From: Sphingomonadales bacterium 63-6
GTDB taxonomy: Bacteria; Pseudomonadota; Alphaproteobacteria; Sphingomonadales; Sphingomonadaceae
Direction of reading: 5' to 3'
NCBI GenBank assembly: GCA_001898545.1
Contig: MKUB01000160.1
Location: 1-52,655, forward strand
DNA length: 52,655 bases
The notes under the pieces were generated by a model. That model made no database searches and was not told where the DNA came from. It was given only the letters and a program-made list of their open reading frames with translations. Positions 14,906-24,664 of the stretch are shown here, one piece after another. Within the stretch, counting starts at the first letter, position 1; the number at the start of each line of letters is the position of its first letter. The position numbers were made by a program, and so were the translations under genes.

Positions 14906-16441
14906 TTAGCGCAGGCGCACGGGGATGAAATCCTGTGGACGGCGCAGCGGCTTGACCTGCAGCAGCACCGCATCGCGGCCTGCATCCTTGGCGGCCTTTA
15001 CTGCGGCTTGCAGTTCCGCCACCGAGGCAATCGGGCTGTTATTGACGCCCAGCACCACATCGCCGCGCTGCAGCTTGCGGCCCGCATCGGCGTTGGAATC
15101 CACGGCATCGATCACGGCGCCCTTGGTACCGCTCGGCAGGCCGAGCTGGCCCGCGATCTGCGGGGTCAGTTCGATGGCGCGCACGCCCAGCGATTTTTCC
15201 AGAACGCCTTCTGCCTGCTCCGGCGCCGGCTTGTTCGCCTGGGGGTTGCCTTCCGGATCGAACACACGGCCAGCCAGTTCTTCCTCGCTCGGGCGCTTGC
15301 CGACCGTGGCGGTCAGGTTCAGCTTCTGGCCCTTGCGCAGCACATCCAGCTGGATGCGCGTGCCCGGCGCGATATTGGCGACGAGGTAAGACAAGGTCTG
15401 GTCCGGCGTCACATCCTGGCCATTGACCTTGAGGACGATGTCGCCTGCCTGCAGCCCGGCCTTGTCGGCAGGCTCGCCCGCTTCGACCGACTGGATGAAT
15501 TCGCCGCGATTGCTGGGGATGCCCAAAGATGCGGCAATATCCTCGTCCACCGGACGGATGCGGACACCCAGATAGCCGCGTTCGATCGCCTGGCCCTTCA
15601 TCAGCTTCTGCACGATGGGCTCGGCGATTTCGGCGGGGATCGAGAAGCCGATGCCCACGCTGCCGCCCGAAGGCGAGAAGATGGCGTTGTTGATGCCGAT
15701 CACCTGGCCCTGCATGTCGAACAGCGGGCCGCCCGAATTGCCCCGGTTGATCGAGGTGTCGGTCTGGATGTAGCGGTCATAGGCGCCGCCGGTGCCGGTG
15801 TTGCGATAGACGGCGGAGATGATGCCCGCCGTAACCGTGCCGCCAAGGCCGAAGGGCTGGCCAATCGCGATCACCCAGTCACCCACGCGGGATTTACGGG
15901 AATCGCCGAATTCCACGAAGGGGAACGCCTTGGCGCGTTCGATCTTCAGCACGGCAAGGTCGGATGCCGCGTCATTGCCCACCAGCGTGGCGGGATATTC
16001 GGTGCCGTCGGTCAGGGTGACGGTGATCTGTTCCACCTTGCCCTGCCCATCGGCAGTGATGACGTGGTTGTTGGTGACCACATAGCCATCCGCCGAGATC
16101 AGGAAACCCGAACCGAGCGACTGCGCCTCGCGCGTTTGCGGCACACCGCCACCGCGCGGGGTAAGGCCGCCGAACAGATCGCCGAAGGGAGTGCCGGCAA
16201 AGGGGCTGGCGTTCACAGTGATGCGCTGGCGGGTAGAAATATTGACCACCGCAGGCTGCAATTGTTCGGTCAGATCGGCAAAGCTGGCCGGGGCGCCTGC
16301 CCGCGGCACAACATGCTGCATCCGGCTTTCGTCATTCTGGGCGACCTGCGCGCCAGCGGGATGACCGGTGATAAGAGAAATGGCCGCGCCGCCAATCAGC
16401 AGCGCCGATGAAAATCCATAAGCGTAACGCACGGGCTTCAC
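14906..16441 (-). CDS. degP: Do/DegP-family periplasmic serine protease with 2 PDZ domains
   Basis: TNNHV, SDLAVLK, INRGNSGGPL; follows hflKC. Confidence 0.9.
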   Translation of the reverse strand: MKPVRYAYGFSSALLIGGAAISLITGHPAGAQVAQNDESRMQHVVPRAGAPASFADLTEQLQPAVVNISTRQRITVNASPFAGTPFGDLFGGLTPRGGGVPQTREAQSLGSGFLISADGYVVTNNHVITADGQGKVEQITVTLTDGTEYPATLVGNDAASDLAVLKIERAKAFPFVEFGDSRKSRVGDWVIAIGQPFGLGGTVTAGIISAVYRNTGTGGAYDRYIQTDTSINRGNSGGPLFDMQGQVIGINNAIFSPSGGSVGIGFSIPAEIAEPIVQKLMKGQAIERGYLGVRIRPVDEDIAASLGIPSNRGEFIQSVEAGEPADKAGLQAGDIVLKVNGQDVTPDQTLSYLVANIAPGTRIQLDVLRKGQKLNLTATVGKRPSEEELAGRVFDPEGNPQANKPAPEQAEGVLEKSLGVRAIELTPQIAGQLGLPSGTKGAVIDAVDSNADAGRKLQRGDVVLGVNNSPIASVAELQAAVKAAKDAGRDAVLLQVKPLRRPQDFIPVRLR

Positions 16442-16572
16442 GTCCTTTGTTCCTCTCGTGTAGGCGCGCCTCGCGGCGCTGGCTCGGACCGTGGCATTCT
16501 CATGCGCCTGTGGCCTGAACTGAAATTGAATGACATTCGTAGTCGGCCGGGAAGCCGCGCCAAAAGCGGGTT

Positions 16573-17418
16573 TTAGCGGCGGCCCCGGAACTGACGGAGA
16601 TATTCATTATCGGGCGAAAGAATGATCGAGCTTTCCGACTCGGTGGAGCCGAAGGTCGTGTCATAGCTCTGCATCGCGCGATAGAAGTCGTAGAAATCCG
16701 GATCCTTGCCGAAGCTCTGGGCATAGATCTTCGCGGCCTGGGCATCGGCCTCGGCACGGATGATCTGCGCGTCACGCAGGCCGGTGGCCTTGGTGGTGGC
16801 CGCTTCCTGCTCACGCGCGGACTGCATGCGGGCAAAGGCCGATTGCAGCGGCGAGCCCTGCGGCAGGTCCGCGCGCTTGATCCGCACATCCAGCACCTGC
16901 GCGCCATATTCGCGCGCTTCCTCATCCAGCTTGTTGCGGATGTTGTGCATGGTCATGCCGCGTTCCGCCGTCAGCAGCGAGGCGAAGCTGCGGCGGCCCA
17001 GTTCCTGACGCACGACCGAGCTGAAGATGGGTGAAAGCTGGGCTTCCACATTCTCCGTCGTGCCAACGGTGCGGACCATCTTCACCGGATCGATGATGCG
17101 GTAACGGGCATAGGCGTCCACTTCCAGCCGGAGCTGATCGGTGGAGAGCACCTGCTGCGGCTGCATGTCCAGATCGCGCACGCGCTTGTCGATGCGCTGC
17201 ACCCTTTCAAAGAAGGGAACGCGCCACACGATACCCGCGCCGGTCTGGCCATAGGCGGTTTTCGGCTTGAAACGGTTGACCACGCGCACCGGTTCACCGG
17301 TACGGATGATAACAGCCTGTTCCTGTTCCGGCACCACGACGATGCTGGAAAGCACCGCTGCCGCCGCGACGCCAAGGCCGATGATCGCAACCTTGTAGTT
17401 CTGCCATACCATGTTCAT
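16573..17418 (-). CDS. hflC: Protease modulator HflC (SPFH)
   Basis: VDAYARYRIIDP, DVRIKRADLP, DPDFYDFYRAMQSY. Confidence 0.95.
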   Translation of the reverse strand: MNMVWQNYKVAIIGLGVAAAAVLSSIVVVPEQEQAVIIRTGEPVRVVNRFKPKTAYGQTGAGIVWRVPFFERVQRIDKRVRDLDMQPQQVLSTDQLRLEVDAYARYRIIDPVKMVRTVGTTENVEAQLSPIFSSVVRQELGRRSFASLLTAERGMTMHNIRNKLDEEAREYGAQVLDVRIKRADLPQGSPLQSAFARMQSAREQEAATTKATGLRDAQIIRAEADAQAAKIYAQSFGKDPDFYDFYRAMQSYDTTFGSTESESSIILSPDNEYLRQFRGRR

Positions 17419-17421
17419 CGC

Positions 17422-18606
17422 TTACTGCCCTCCCGCAGGCTTGGCGGCGGCCCGCTTCTTGATTTCAGGCAGGGGCAGATAAGGCGTCACGCCATTGGCT
17501 TCCACGATGGTCTTGTCCGTGCGGCTAAGCACACGCTCCATGGTTTCGTAATACATGCGCCGACGGGTCACTTCCGGGGCGAGCCGGTATTGTTCGTAGA
17601 CCTTGTCGAAGGCGGCGGCGTCACCCTGCGCGCGGGCGAGGACCTGCCGCGCGGCGGCTTCGGCCTGGTTCTTGTAGGTTTCCGCTTCCTGCTGCGCTGC
17701 GGACACGGCCTTGAAGGCTTCTTCCACTTCGCTTGGCGGATCGGTCTTGCGGATTTCCACGCCCTGGATCTGCACGCCCGAACGATAGGCATCGAGCACG
17801 TTCTGCATCCGCGCGCGGACATTGGCTTCGATATTGGCGCGGCCCGCACCCGAGAACACGCTGTCCAGCGGTTCTTCCGCCACCGAAGCGCGCATTGCGG
17901 CCTCCGCCACTTCGCGCACAGTATTTTCCGGCTCCGCCAGCTGATAGCGGAACTGCGTCAAATCCTTGATGCTCCAGCGCACGAGATAGGACAGGTTCAC
18001 CAGATTCTGATCGCCCGTCAGCATCAGCTTCTGGGCGTCACCATCGGGAATCTGGAAAATCCGGATTTCGGAAACCTGCTCCACATGCACGTCCTGGATC
18101 GGCCAGGGCAGCGTGAGCGAAATGCCGGAACCGATGGTGCGCGAATATTTGCCGAAGGTGGAGACGATGCCCTGCTCCTTCGGGCCGAGCTGATGCACCA
18201 TGGAGAAGGCCAGCCAAAGGGCCACCACGCCGGCAATGATCAGCGGCATCCAGCTGCGTCCGCCGGGGGCGGAAGGCAGGCGGAAATTGGGCGGGCCACC
18301 GGGGCCGCCCTGCCGGCGACGCGGGCCTTCGGGGCCGCGCTGCTTGAAAATATCCTCTATGCTGGCGGAACGGCGCGGCTCACCATCACCGGAATCGCCG
18401 CTGCCACTGCCGGGAAGCCAGGGATTGCGCGGCCCGCGCGGGGGTTCCCCCCCCTGCCTGCCGCCGCTGTCGCCGCCTTCGCCTGAGGGTTCCCCACCGG
18501 AGGAACCGCTGCCCTTGCCATCATTCGCACCGCCGCTGCCGCCCCAGGGGCTCTTGCCTGCCATGGCGAGCGCGATGCGATCGAAAAATCCGCCCATTCT
18601 TTCCAT
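17422..18606 (-). CDS. hflK: Protease modulator HflK (SPFH)
   Basis: Gly/Pro-rich N-terminus with PW motifs, MLTGDQN, APEVTRRRMYYETME; start 18606 or 18564. Confidence 0.95.
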   Translation of the reverse strand: MERMGGFFDRIALAMAGKSPWGGSGGANDGKGSGSSGGEPSGEGGDSGGRQGGEPPRGPRNPWLPGSGSGDSGDGEPRRSASIEDIFKQRGPEGPRRRQGGPGGPPNFRLPSAPGGRSWMPLIIAGVVALWLAFSMVHQLGPKEQGIVSTFGKYSRTIGSGISLTLPWPIQDVHVEQVSEIRIFQIPDGDAQKLMLTGDQNLVNLSYLVRWSIKDLTQFRYQLAEPENTVREVAEAAMRASVAEEPLDSVFSGAGRANIEANVRARMQNVLDAYRSGVQIQGVEIRKTDPPSEVEEAFKAVSAAQQEAETYKNQAEAAARQVLARAQGDAAAFDKVYEQYRLAPEVTRRRMYYETMERVLSRTDKTIVEANGVTPYLPLPEIKKRAAAKPAGGQ

Positions 18607-18699
18607 GGCCCCACTTATAGGCACGAAATCCGCGAAAAACAGGGTGGCGTTTGCAGATTTTCCCTGCAACCCCGGCCGAGCTTCGCTAACGGGGCTGGA

Positions 18700-19668
18700 A
18701 TGACTATGGAAGAAACCCTGAAAAGCCGCCTTCCCGCCAAGGCGCTGGAGCGGCTGCAGACCCTGCGCCTGAACGATGGCGTTGCCACATTGATCCTCGA
18801 TGCCAGCGGCCTTGACGCCCTTGCGCGCGACAAGATGGAGATCGCCGTGCGCGATACTCTGCGCGATGCCGAAGGGGTGAGCGAAGTGCGCGTGGCGCTG
18901 ATGGCGGACAAGGCGCCGCCCGTGGCACGCCGCATCATCGCCATCGGTTCGGGCAAGGGCGGTGTGGGCAAATCCACGCTGACCGCCAATCTCGCCGTCG
19001 CGCTGAAGAAAGCGGGCCGCAAGGTCGGCGTGGTGGATGCGGATATTTACGGCCCCTCCCAGCCGACGCTGCTGGCCAATGAGGGGGAGCGTCCGCGCGC
19101 CGAAGGTAACAAGCTGATTCCCGTGCCCGGGGCCGAGGGAATTCCCGTGCTGTCGATGGGCCATCTGGTGGAGCCCGGCAAGGCCATCGCCTGGCGCGGG
19201 CCCATGGCGGGCAATGCGCTGGGCCAGCTGATCGACGCCGAATGGGGCGATGTGGATCTGCTGCTGATCGACCTGCCGCCGGGCACCGGCGATGTGCAGC
19301 TGACCATGCTGCAGCGCTTCAAGCCCGCGGGCGCGGTGATCGTTTCCACGCCGCAGGACCTCGCGCTGATCGACGCGACCCGCGCGATGCAGCTGTTCGA
19401 GGTCGGGCAAGTGCCGATCATCGGCATTGTCGAGAATATGGCGGGCTATATCTGCCCCCATTGCGGTGAAGTGTCCGATCCCTTCGGCCATGGCGGGGCG
19501 GAAATCGCCGCGCGGGAAAAGGGCGTGACCTTCCTGGGCCGCGTGCCGCTGGCGATGGAAATCCGCATGGCGAGCGATGCGGGAACCCCGCCCGCCGCCG
19601 GGAACGGGGAGGAGGCCAAGGCCTTTGCCGACATCGCCGCCCGGCTTTCCGACTGGCTCGGGGCCTGA
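18700..19668 (+). CDS. mrp: Mrp/ApbC/NBP35 Fe-S carrier ATPase
   Basis: GKGGVGKST, DADIYGPS, WRGPM, DLPPGTGD, ENM..CPHC. Confidence 0.95.
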   Translation: MTMEETLKSRLPAKALERLQTLRLNDGVATLILDASGLDALARDKMEIAVRDTLRDAEGVSEVRVALMADKAPPVARRIIAIGSGKGGVGKSTLTANLAVALKKAGRKVGVVDADIYGPSQPTLLANEGERPRAEGNKLIPVPGAEGIPVLSMGHLVEPGKAIAWRGPMAGNALGQLIDAEWGDVDLLLIDLPPGTGDVQLTMLQRFKPAGAVIVSTPQDLALIDATRAMQLFEVGQVPIIGIVENMAGYICPHCGEVSDPFGHGGAEIAAREKGVTFLGRVPLAMEIRMASDAGTPPAAGNGEEAKAFADIAARLSDWLGA

Positions 19669-19690
19669 CGCAACCGGGGGGAGGCACGCC

Positions 19691-21958
19691 ATGCAGCTAT
19701 CGCGCAGAGGGGTGCTGGCAGGGGCGGCAGTGGGCGGCGGCTTGCTCGTCGCCTGGACCTTGCGCCCCCGCAGCTTCGCCCCGCCGCTGAGTGCGGGGCG
19801 TAATGAGGCTAGCTTCGATGCCTGGCTGAAGATCGCCAGCGATGGCGTGATTACCGTGGCCGTGCCCCAGCTCGAAATGGGTCAGGGCGTCACCACTATC
19901 CTGCCGCAGGTCGTGGCGATGGAACTGGGCGCGGACTGGCGGCAGATCGCGGTGGAGCCCACTCCGGTCAGCGGAGCCTATCCCAATCTGCCGCTGGCGG
20001 CACGCTGGGCGCCCTTGTGGAAACCTGCCCTGCCCTTCCTGGCGGAGGATGCCGATGACTGGCTGGTGCGCCGCTTTGCGGAGGATCACCGCTTCATGGT
20101 GACGGCGGACGGCACTTCGCTCGCCGCTTATGAAGAACCCTGCCGCAATGCAGCCGCCGCCGCGCGGGGTATGCTGGCCATGGAAGCGGCGGATCGCTGG
20201 GACGTTGCCTGGGAAGAATGCGAGGCCGAGGGCGGCTTCATCATCCACGGCAAGCGCCGCCTCAGCTTTGCCGAATTGGCGCTGGATGCCGCCGGGCGCA
20301 CTCCGCCCGATCCGCCGCCCCTGCGTTCCCTCCCGCCAACGGAAAAGCCGAGCGATCTGGGTGCGGATGCACCGATATTCTACCCACGGCTGGACTTGCC
20401 CGCCAAGGTGGACGGATCGCTGCTGTTCTCGGGCGATGTGCGCCTGCCGGACATGGTCTATGCCGCGATCATCCATGGGCCGATCGATGGCTCCACACTG
20501 AAGCAATTCGACGGACAGGCCGCCGCCGGTTCCCCCGGACTGGTCGGGATCGTGAAGGGCAAGCGCTGGATCGCCGCCGTGGGCCGCACATGGTTTGCCG
20601 CAGACAAGGCGCTGCGCAAGCTGGCGCCGACCTTCATGGTTGCAGGCGCGGTCGATAGCGGGCGGATCGAGGATGCGCTGGAAAATGCGGTGATGAAGGG
20701 CGCGGCGCAACGGATCGTGACACGCGGCGAAGGCACCGACCCCATGGGCAAGCCCACGCTGCGCGCGCGCTATGACGTGTCGCCCGCGCTCCACGCCACG
20801 CTGGAAACCGCCAGCGCCACGGCGCGGCTGGCGGATGGCAGGCTGGAACTGTGGATCGCCACCCAGGCGCCCGAACATGCGCGCGAGGCGGCGGCCAAGG
20901 CGCTGGGCATCGCAGCGGCGGATGTGGTGCTCTATCCCATGCCCGCAGGCGGCAGTTTCGACCGGCGGCTGGAAGTGGACCATGCCATCGAAGCAGCGCT
21001 GATCGCGCGGGAGATCGGCCGCCCGGTGCAGCTGGTCTGGTCGCGCGGGCAGGAGGCTTTGGCCGGGCGCCCGCGCACGCCGGTGGCCGCGCTGCTTTCC
21101 GCCAAGACGAGCGAAAGCGGCCATATCGCGGTCTGGCGCGCCAAGCTGGCCCTGCCGCCCACGGCGCAGGAATTTGGCGAGCGGCAGTTCAACAACCTCA
21201 CCAGCTGGTCGGCCATCGCAGCCAGCGAAGGCCGGACGGACCCCATGGCGGTGGAAGGGGCCGATCCGCCCTATGGCATGGATCATGTCGCGGTGGACCA
21301 CGTGCCGGTGAATATCGGCCTGCCCACTGGGCGGATGCGCGGCAATGCCCATGGCTATACCTGCTTCTTCACCGAAAGCTTCGTTGACGAGCTGGCCGCC
21401 CTGCACAAGCGGGAGCCGCTTTCCTATCGCATGGAAATGCTGGGTAACGACCCTCGCCTTGCCCAATGTCTGCAGCGCGCGGCGCGGCTGGCCGAATGGG
21501 GCGGCGGCGGGGAACAGAGCGGGCAGGGCCTCGCCTGCCACCGCATGGGCCCAGTGGAGGCCGGTGGGCGGATCGCCGTGATCGCCACGGCCAGCCAGGG
21601 CGAAGGCGGAGTGAAAGTGGAAAAGCTGTCCGCCGCCGTGGATATCGGACGCATCGTCAATATCGACATTGCCCGCCAGCAGATCGAAGGCGGGCTGATC
21701 TTCGGCATGGGCCTCGCTCTGGGAGCGGCAACCGATTACGAACGCGGCCATCCCACGGCCACGCGGCTGGCCGCGCTGGATCTGCCGACGCTGGCCGATT
21801 GCCCGCAGATCGAGGTGGACTTCGTGGATAGCGATGCCGAACCCTTCGATCCGGGCGAGCTGGGCGTGGCCGTGGTTGCCCCGGCCATCGCCAACGCGCT
21901 GTTTTCGGCAACCGGGCTGCGCCTGCGCCGCCTGCCCTTGTTGTCAGGTGGCTTGTAA
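19691..21958 (+). CDS. Xanthine dehydrogenase-family molybdopterin-binding subunit (IorB-like) with Tat-like signal
   Basis: SRRGVLAG, EMGQGV, QQIEGGLIFG, APAIANALFSATG. Confidence 0.85.
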   Translation: MQLSRRGVLAGAAVGGGLLVAWTLRPRSFAPPLSAGRNEASFDAWLKIASDGVITVAVPQLEMGQGVTTILPQVVAMELGADWRQIAVEPTPVSGAYPNLPLAARWAPLWKPALPFLAEDADDWLVRRFAEDHRFMVTADGTSLAAYEEPCRNAAAAARGMLAMEAADRWDVAWEECEAEGGFIIHGKRRLSFAELALDAAGRTPPDPPPLRSLPPTEKPSDLGADAPIFYPRLDLPAKVDGSLLFSGDVRLPDMVYAAIIHGPIDGSTLKQFDGQAAAGSPGLVGIVKGKRWIAAVGRTWFAADKALRKLAPTFMVAGAVDSGRIEDALENAVMKGAAQRIVTRGEGTDPMGKPTLRARYDVSPALHATLETASATARLADGRLELWIATQAPEHAREAAAKALGIAAADVVLYPMPAGGSFDRRLEVDHAIEAALIAREIGRPVQLVWSRGQEALAGRPRTPVAALLSAKTSESGHIAVWRAKLALPPTAQEFGERQFNNLTSWSAIAASEGRTDPMAVEGADPPYGMDHVAVDHVPVNIGLPTGRMRGNAHGYTCFFTESFVDELAALHKREPLSYRMEMLGNDPRLAQCLQRAARLAEWGGGGEQSGQGLACHRMGPVEAGGRIAVIATASQGEGGVKVEKLSAAVDIGRIVNIDIARQQIEGGLIFGMGLALGAATDYERGHPTATRLAALDLPTLADCPQIEVDFVDSDAEPFDPGELGVAVVAPAIANALFSATGLRLRRLPLLSGGL

Positions 21959-21984
21959 GGCAAGGCGGCCTATGGGCCTTTCAC

Positions 21985-23007
21985 ATGACCTATACTGAAC
22001 AGAAACTCCCCACCGATCATCCGCCCGTCCGCACGGGCGGGTTGGGCGTGCTGCTGGTCAATCTCGGCACACCCGATGCGCCCACTCCGGCGGCGGTGAA
22101 GCGCTATCTGGCGGAGTTCCTGTCCGATCCGCGCGTGGTGGAAATCCCGGCGCTGGTCTGGCAGCCGATCCTGCGCGGGATTATCCTGAATACGCGACCG
22201 AAGAAATCGGCCCATGCCTATCAGCAGGTGTGGACTGACAAGGGCTCCCCCCTCGCCGCGATAACTGCCCAGCAGGCGGAAGCCCTGCAGGCGCGGCTGG
22301 GAGAAAGCGCGCGCGTGCGCTGGGGCATGCGCTATGGCAATCCCTCCATCCCGCAGGAGCTGAAGGCACTGATGGACGAAGGGTGCGACCGTATTCTGGT
22401 CGCCCCGCTCTATCCGCAATATTCGGGCGCGACCAATGCCACGGTGATGGACAAGCTGGGCGATACGTTGCGCAACATGCGCTGGCAGCCTGCCTTGCGC
22501 ATATTGCCGCCCTATTATGACGACCCTGTCCATATCGCCGCTCTGGCGAAGGATCTGGGGGCGCAGCTCGATGCGCTGGATTTCGAGCCTGAAGTGCTGC
22601 TGCTCAGCTTCCACGGAATGCCAGAACGCACGCTGCATCTGGGCGATCCCTATCATTGCCAGTGCCAGAAGACCGCGCGCCTGCTGGGCGAGGCGCTGGG
22701 CAGGCCGGGCTTGCGGATCGACACGACCTTCCAGTCCCGCTTCGGCCGCGCCAAATGGCTGGAACCGGCAACGGACGTGGTGCTGGAAGCCGAGGCGAAA
22801 GCGGGGACGAAACGCATGGCCGTGGCCGCGCCGGGCTTCTCCGCCGATTGCCTGGAAACGCTGGAAGAACTGGCGATCCGGGGCCGCGACCAGTTCATGG
22901 CGGCGGGCGGGGAGCGATATGCCACGCTGGCCTGCCTCAATGCGGGCGAGGCGGGAATGGATATGCTGGAAGCACTGGTGCGGCGCGAATTGGCGGGGTG
23001 GGTTTAG
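21985..23007 (+). CDS. hemH: Ferrochelatase
   Basis: LVNLGTP, EFLSDPRV, PLYPQYS, SFHG, FQSRFG, DCLETLEE. Confidence 0.97.
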   Translation: MTYTEQKLPTDHPPVRTGGLGVLLVNLGTPDAPTPAAVKRYLAEFLSDPRVVEIPALVWQPILRGIILNTRPKKSAHAYQQVWTDKGSPLAAITAQQAEALQARLGESARVRWGMRYGNPSIPQELKALMDEGCDRILVAPLYPQYSGATNATVMDKLGDTLRNMRWQPALRILPPYYDDPVHIAALAKDLGAQLDALDFEPEVLLLSFHGMPERTLHLGDPYHCQCQKTARLLGEALGRPGLRIDTTFQSRFGRAKWLEPATDVVLEAEAKAGTKRMAVAAPGFSADCLETLEELAIRGRDQFMAAGGERYATLACLNAGEAGMDMLEALVRRELAGWV

Positions 23008-23017
23008 GCTATATTTT

Positions 23018-23087
23018 CGTCATTCCCGTGAAGGCGGGAATCCAGTTCTGACCTTGCCGCTGGGTTCCCGCTTTCGCGGGAATGACG
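23018..23087. repeat. REP-like element, family A
   Basis: CGTCATTCCCGTGAAGGCGGGAAT...TTCCCGCTTTCGCGGGAATGACG between convergent hemH and GNAT genes. Confidence 0.9.
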
Positions 23088-23111
23088 AGTATCGGGCACC
23101 TATAGCGCCCC

Positions 23112-23639
23112 TCAACCCCTCGCCCAATCCTCCGCATCCAGCGCCAGATCCACGCTGTCGAGCCATTCACCGCCAATATACCAGCTCTTCTCGCGATAGC
23201 CGGTTTGGGTAAAGCCCAGCCGCTTGAGCAGTTTCAGACTCCCCTCGTTGCGCGGATCGACATCGGCGATGGCGCGGGCGAGCAGATGGGTAGTGAAGCC
23301 GCGTTCCAGAATGGCGCGCAAGGCTTCCTGCGCGAAGCCCTGGCCCCAGCAATCGGGATGAAGGACATAGCCCACGGCCGGAAAGCGGTAAAAGCCCGCC
23401 TTGCCGATCACGCGGCCCTGATGCTCGATGATGAAATCCTCCCCCTCTTCCGGGCGGATCGCCATCATGCCGGCCAGCCATGTGCGCGTGGTATCGAGCG
23501 AGGAATGGGGCAGGGTGGACCAATAGGCCATGGCCCGCGCATCGCTCAGGATCGCGTGCAGCCCTTCAAGATCGCCCTCGGCGGCGGGGCGCAGGATCAG
23601 GCGTTCGGTATGGATGGTGGCGGTCTGGATAATGGCCAT
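23112..23639 (-). CDS. GNAT (RimJ/RimL-like) N-acetyltransferase
   Basis: TERLILR, WGQGFAQEA, DPRNEGSLKLLKRLGF. Confidence 0.85.
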   Translation of the reverse strand: MAIIQTATIHTERLILRPAAEGDLEGLHAILSDARAMAYWSTLPHSSLDTTRTWLAGMMAIRPEEGEDFIIEHQGRVIGKAGFYRFPAVGYVLHPDCWGQGFAQEALRAILERGFTTHLLARAIADVDPRNEGSLKLLKRLGFTQTGYREKSWYIGGEWLDSVDLALDAEDWARG

Positions 23640-23702
23640 GGCCAGACCTATCGCCCGCCGCGCATTGTCGCGCAAGCGGGCGGCGGACCCGGCCCGTGTA
23701 AC

Positions 23703-24269
23703 CTACTTGAGGACGACGATCACCACGCGGCGATTGGCAGCCCGGCCAGCGGCGGTGTTGTTCTGGGAAACCGGGGCTTCCTCACCATAGGAAATGGTCG
23801 CCATCCGGCTCAGTGGAACGCCCGCCTTGTACAGCACCAGCCGCACGGCCTCGGCACGTTCCATGCCCAGCTTCTGGTTATAGGCGAGCGAGCCGGTCGA
23901 ATCGGTATGGCCCTGAATTTCGAGATAGGTGGCAGTATTTTCCGCCTTGAGCTGGCTGGCCAGCTGGGCGAGCCGCTGCTGTCCTTCGGCAGAAACCACC
24001 GCCCGGTTGCTGGCGAATTTCACCGCATCGTCGGAAAGAATGACTTCGTAAGCGAACTTGCCCTCGGCCAGCTTGCCCGCCGCAATGGCGCGATCCAGCG
24101 CCTCGCGGCTGGTCTTGTCGATCTGGTCCATCCGCTGGTCCGCCTTGTCCATGCGGGCGTTCTGACGGGCTTCCAGATCTGACACGCGCTCGTTCACATA
24201 GCCTTTGGTGGCGCAGCCGGAAACGGCCAGTGCTACCACGGCAAGAAGCGCGGTACGGGTAAGGCGCAT
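23703..24269 (-). CDS. OmpA-family lipoprotein with N-terminal coiled coil
   Basis: Lipobox VSGC, GHTDSTG, LGMERAEAV, SYGE, RAANRRV. Confidence 0.9.
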   Translation of the reverse strand: MRLTRTALLAVVALAVSGCATKGYVNERVSDLEARQNARMDKADQRMDQIDKTSREALDRAIAAGKLAEGKFAYEVILSDDAVKFASNRAVVSAEGQQRLAQLASQLKAENTATYLEIQGHTDSTGSLAYNQKLGMERAEAVRLVLYKAGVPLSRMATISYGEEAPVSQNNTAAGRAANRRVVIVVLK

Positions 24270-24425
24270 TGAATTCTCCAGTTAGGCGACCTGTTTTTAT
24301 GGGGCAGCGCATGCCGGATAACGGGCACACGCAGCCAAGCGTGGCTCTCGTGCCCCGCCGTTGGGCAGTGCTACAGTCCTAAGGGTTAATGTGGTGTCTT
24401 TTTGCGGTAAACGGGGTGAAACAAG

Positions 24426-24611
24426 TCAGAAATCTACCGCGATGCCGTCTTTCACCCAGTCGCCATAGCGCGTCGGGCTGAGTCCCTGCGGGTCCTCGGC
24501 AGGCGTGGCTTCCTGTGGGGCGGGCACGGGGGCATTTTCCCAATGATCGGGCTTTTTGAAAGGCCGGGGCCGCTGTGTGGCGCGCTTTGCCGTGGGGGCA
24601 GGATGGGTCAT
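24426..24611 (-). CDS. DUF1674 small protein (SDHAF4-like)
   Basis: C-terminal PTRYGDWVKDGIAVDF. Confidence 0.85.
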   Translation of the reverse strand: MTHPAPTAKRATQRPRPFKKPDHWENAPVPAPQEATPAEDPQGLSPTRYGDWVKDGIAVDF

Positions 24612-24664
24612 GGGCGCAAGATGGGCGTGCTGGCGCTGCGATGCAATGGCGGATAGGGGGAGGC

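Noticed and set aside
18250-18560. Gly/Pro low-complexity region in HflK, also seen in the TonB linker at 29730-30005
   Set aside because: Normal disordered linkers for these families
18607-19692. 756-aa ORF suggesting an N-terminally fused HflK
   Set aside because: The extension is the stop-free antisense of mrp; HflK features begin near 18606/18564
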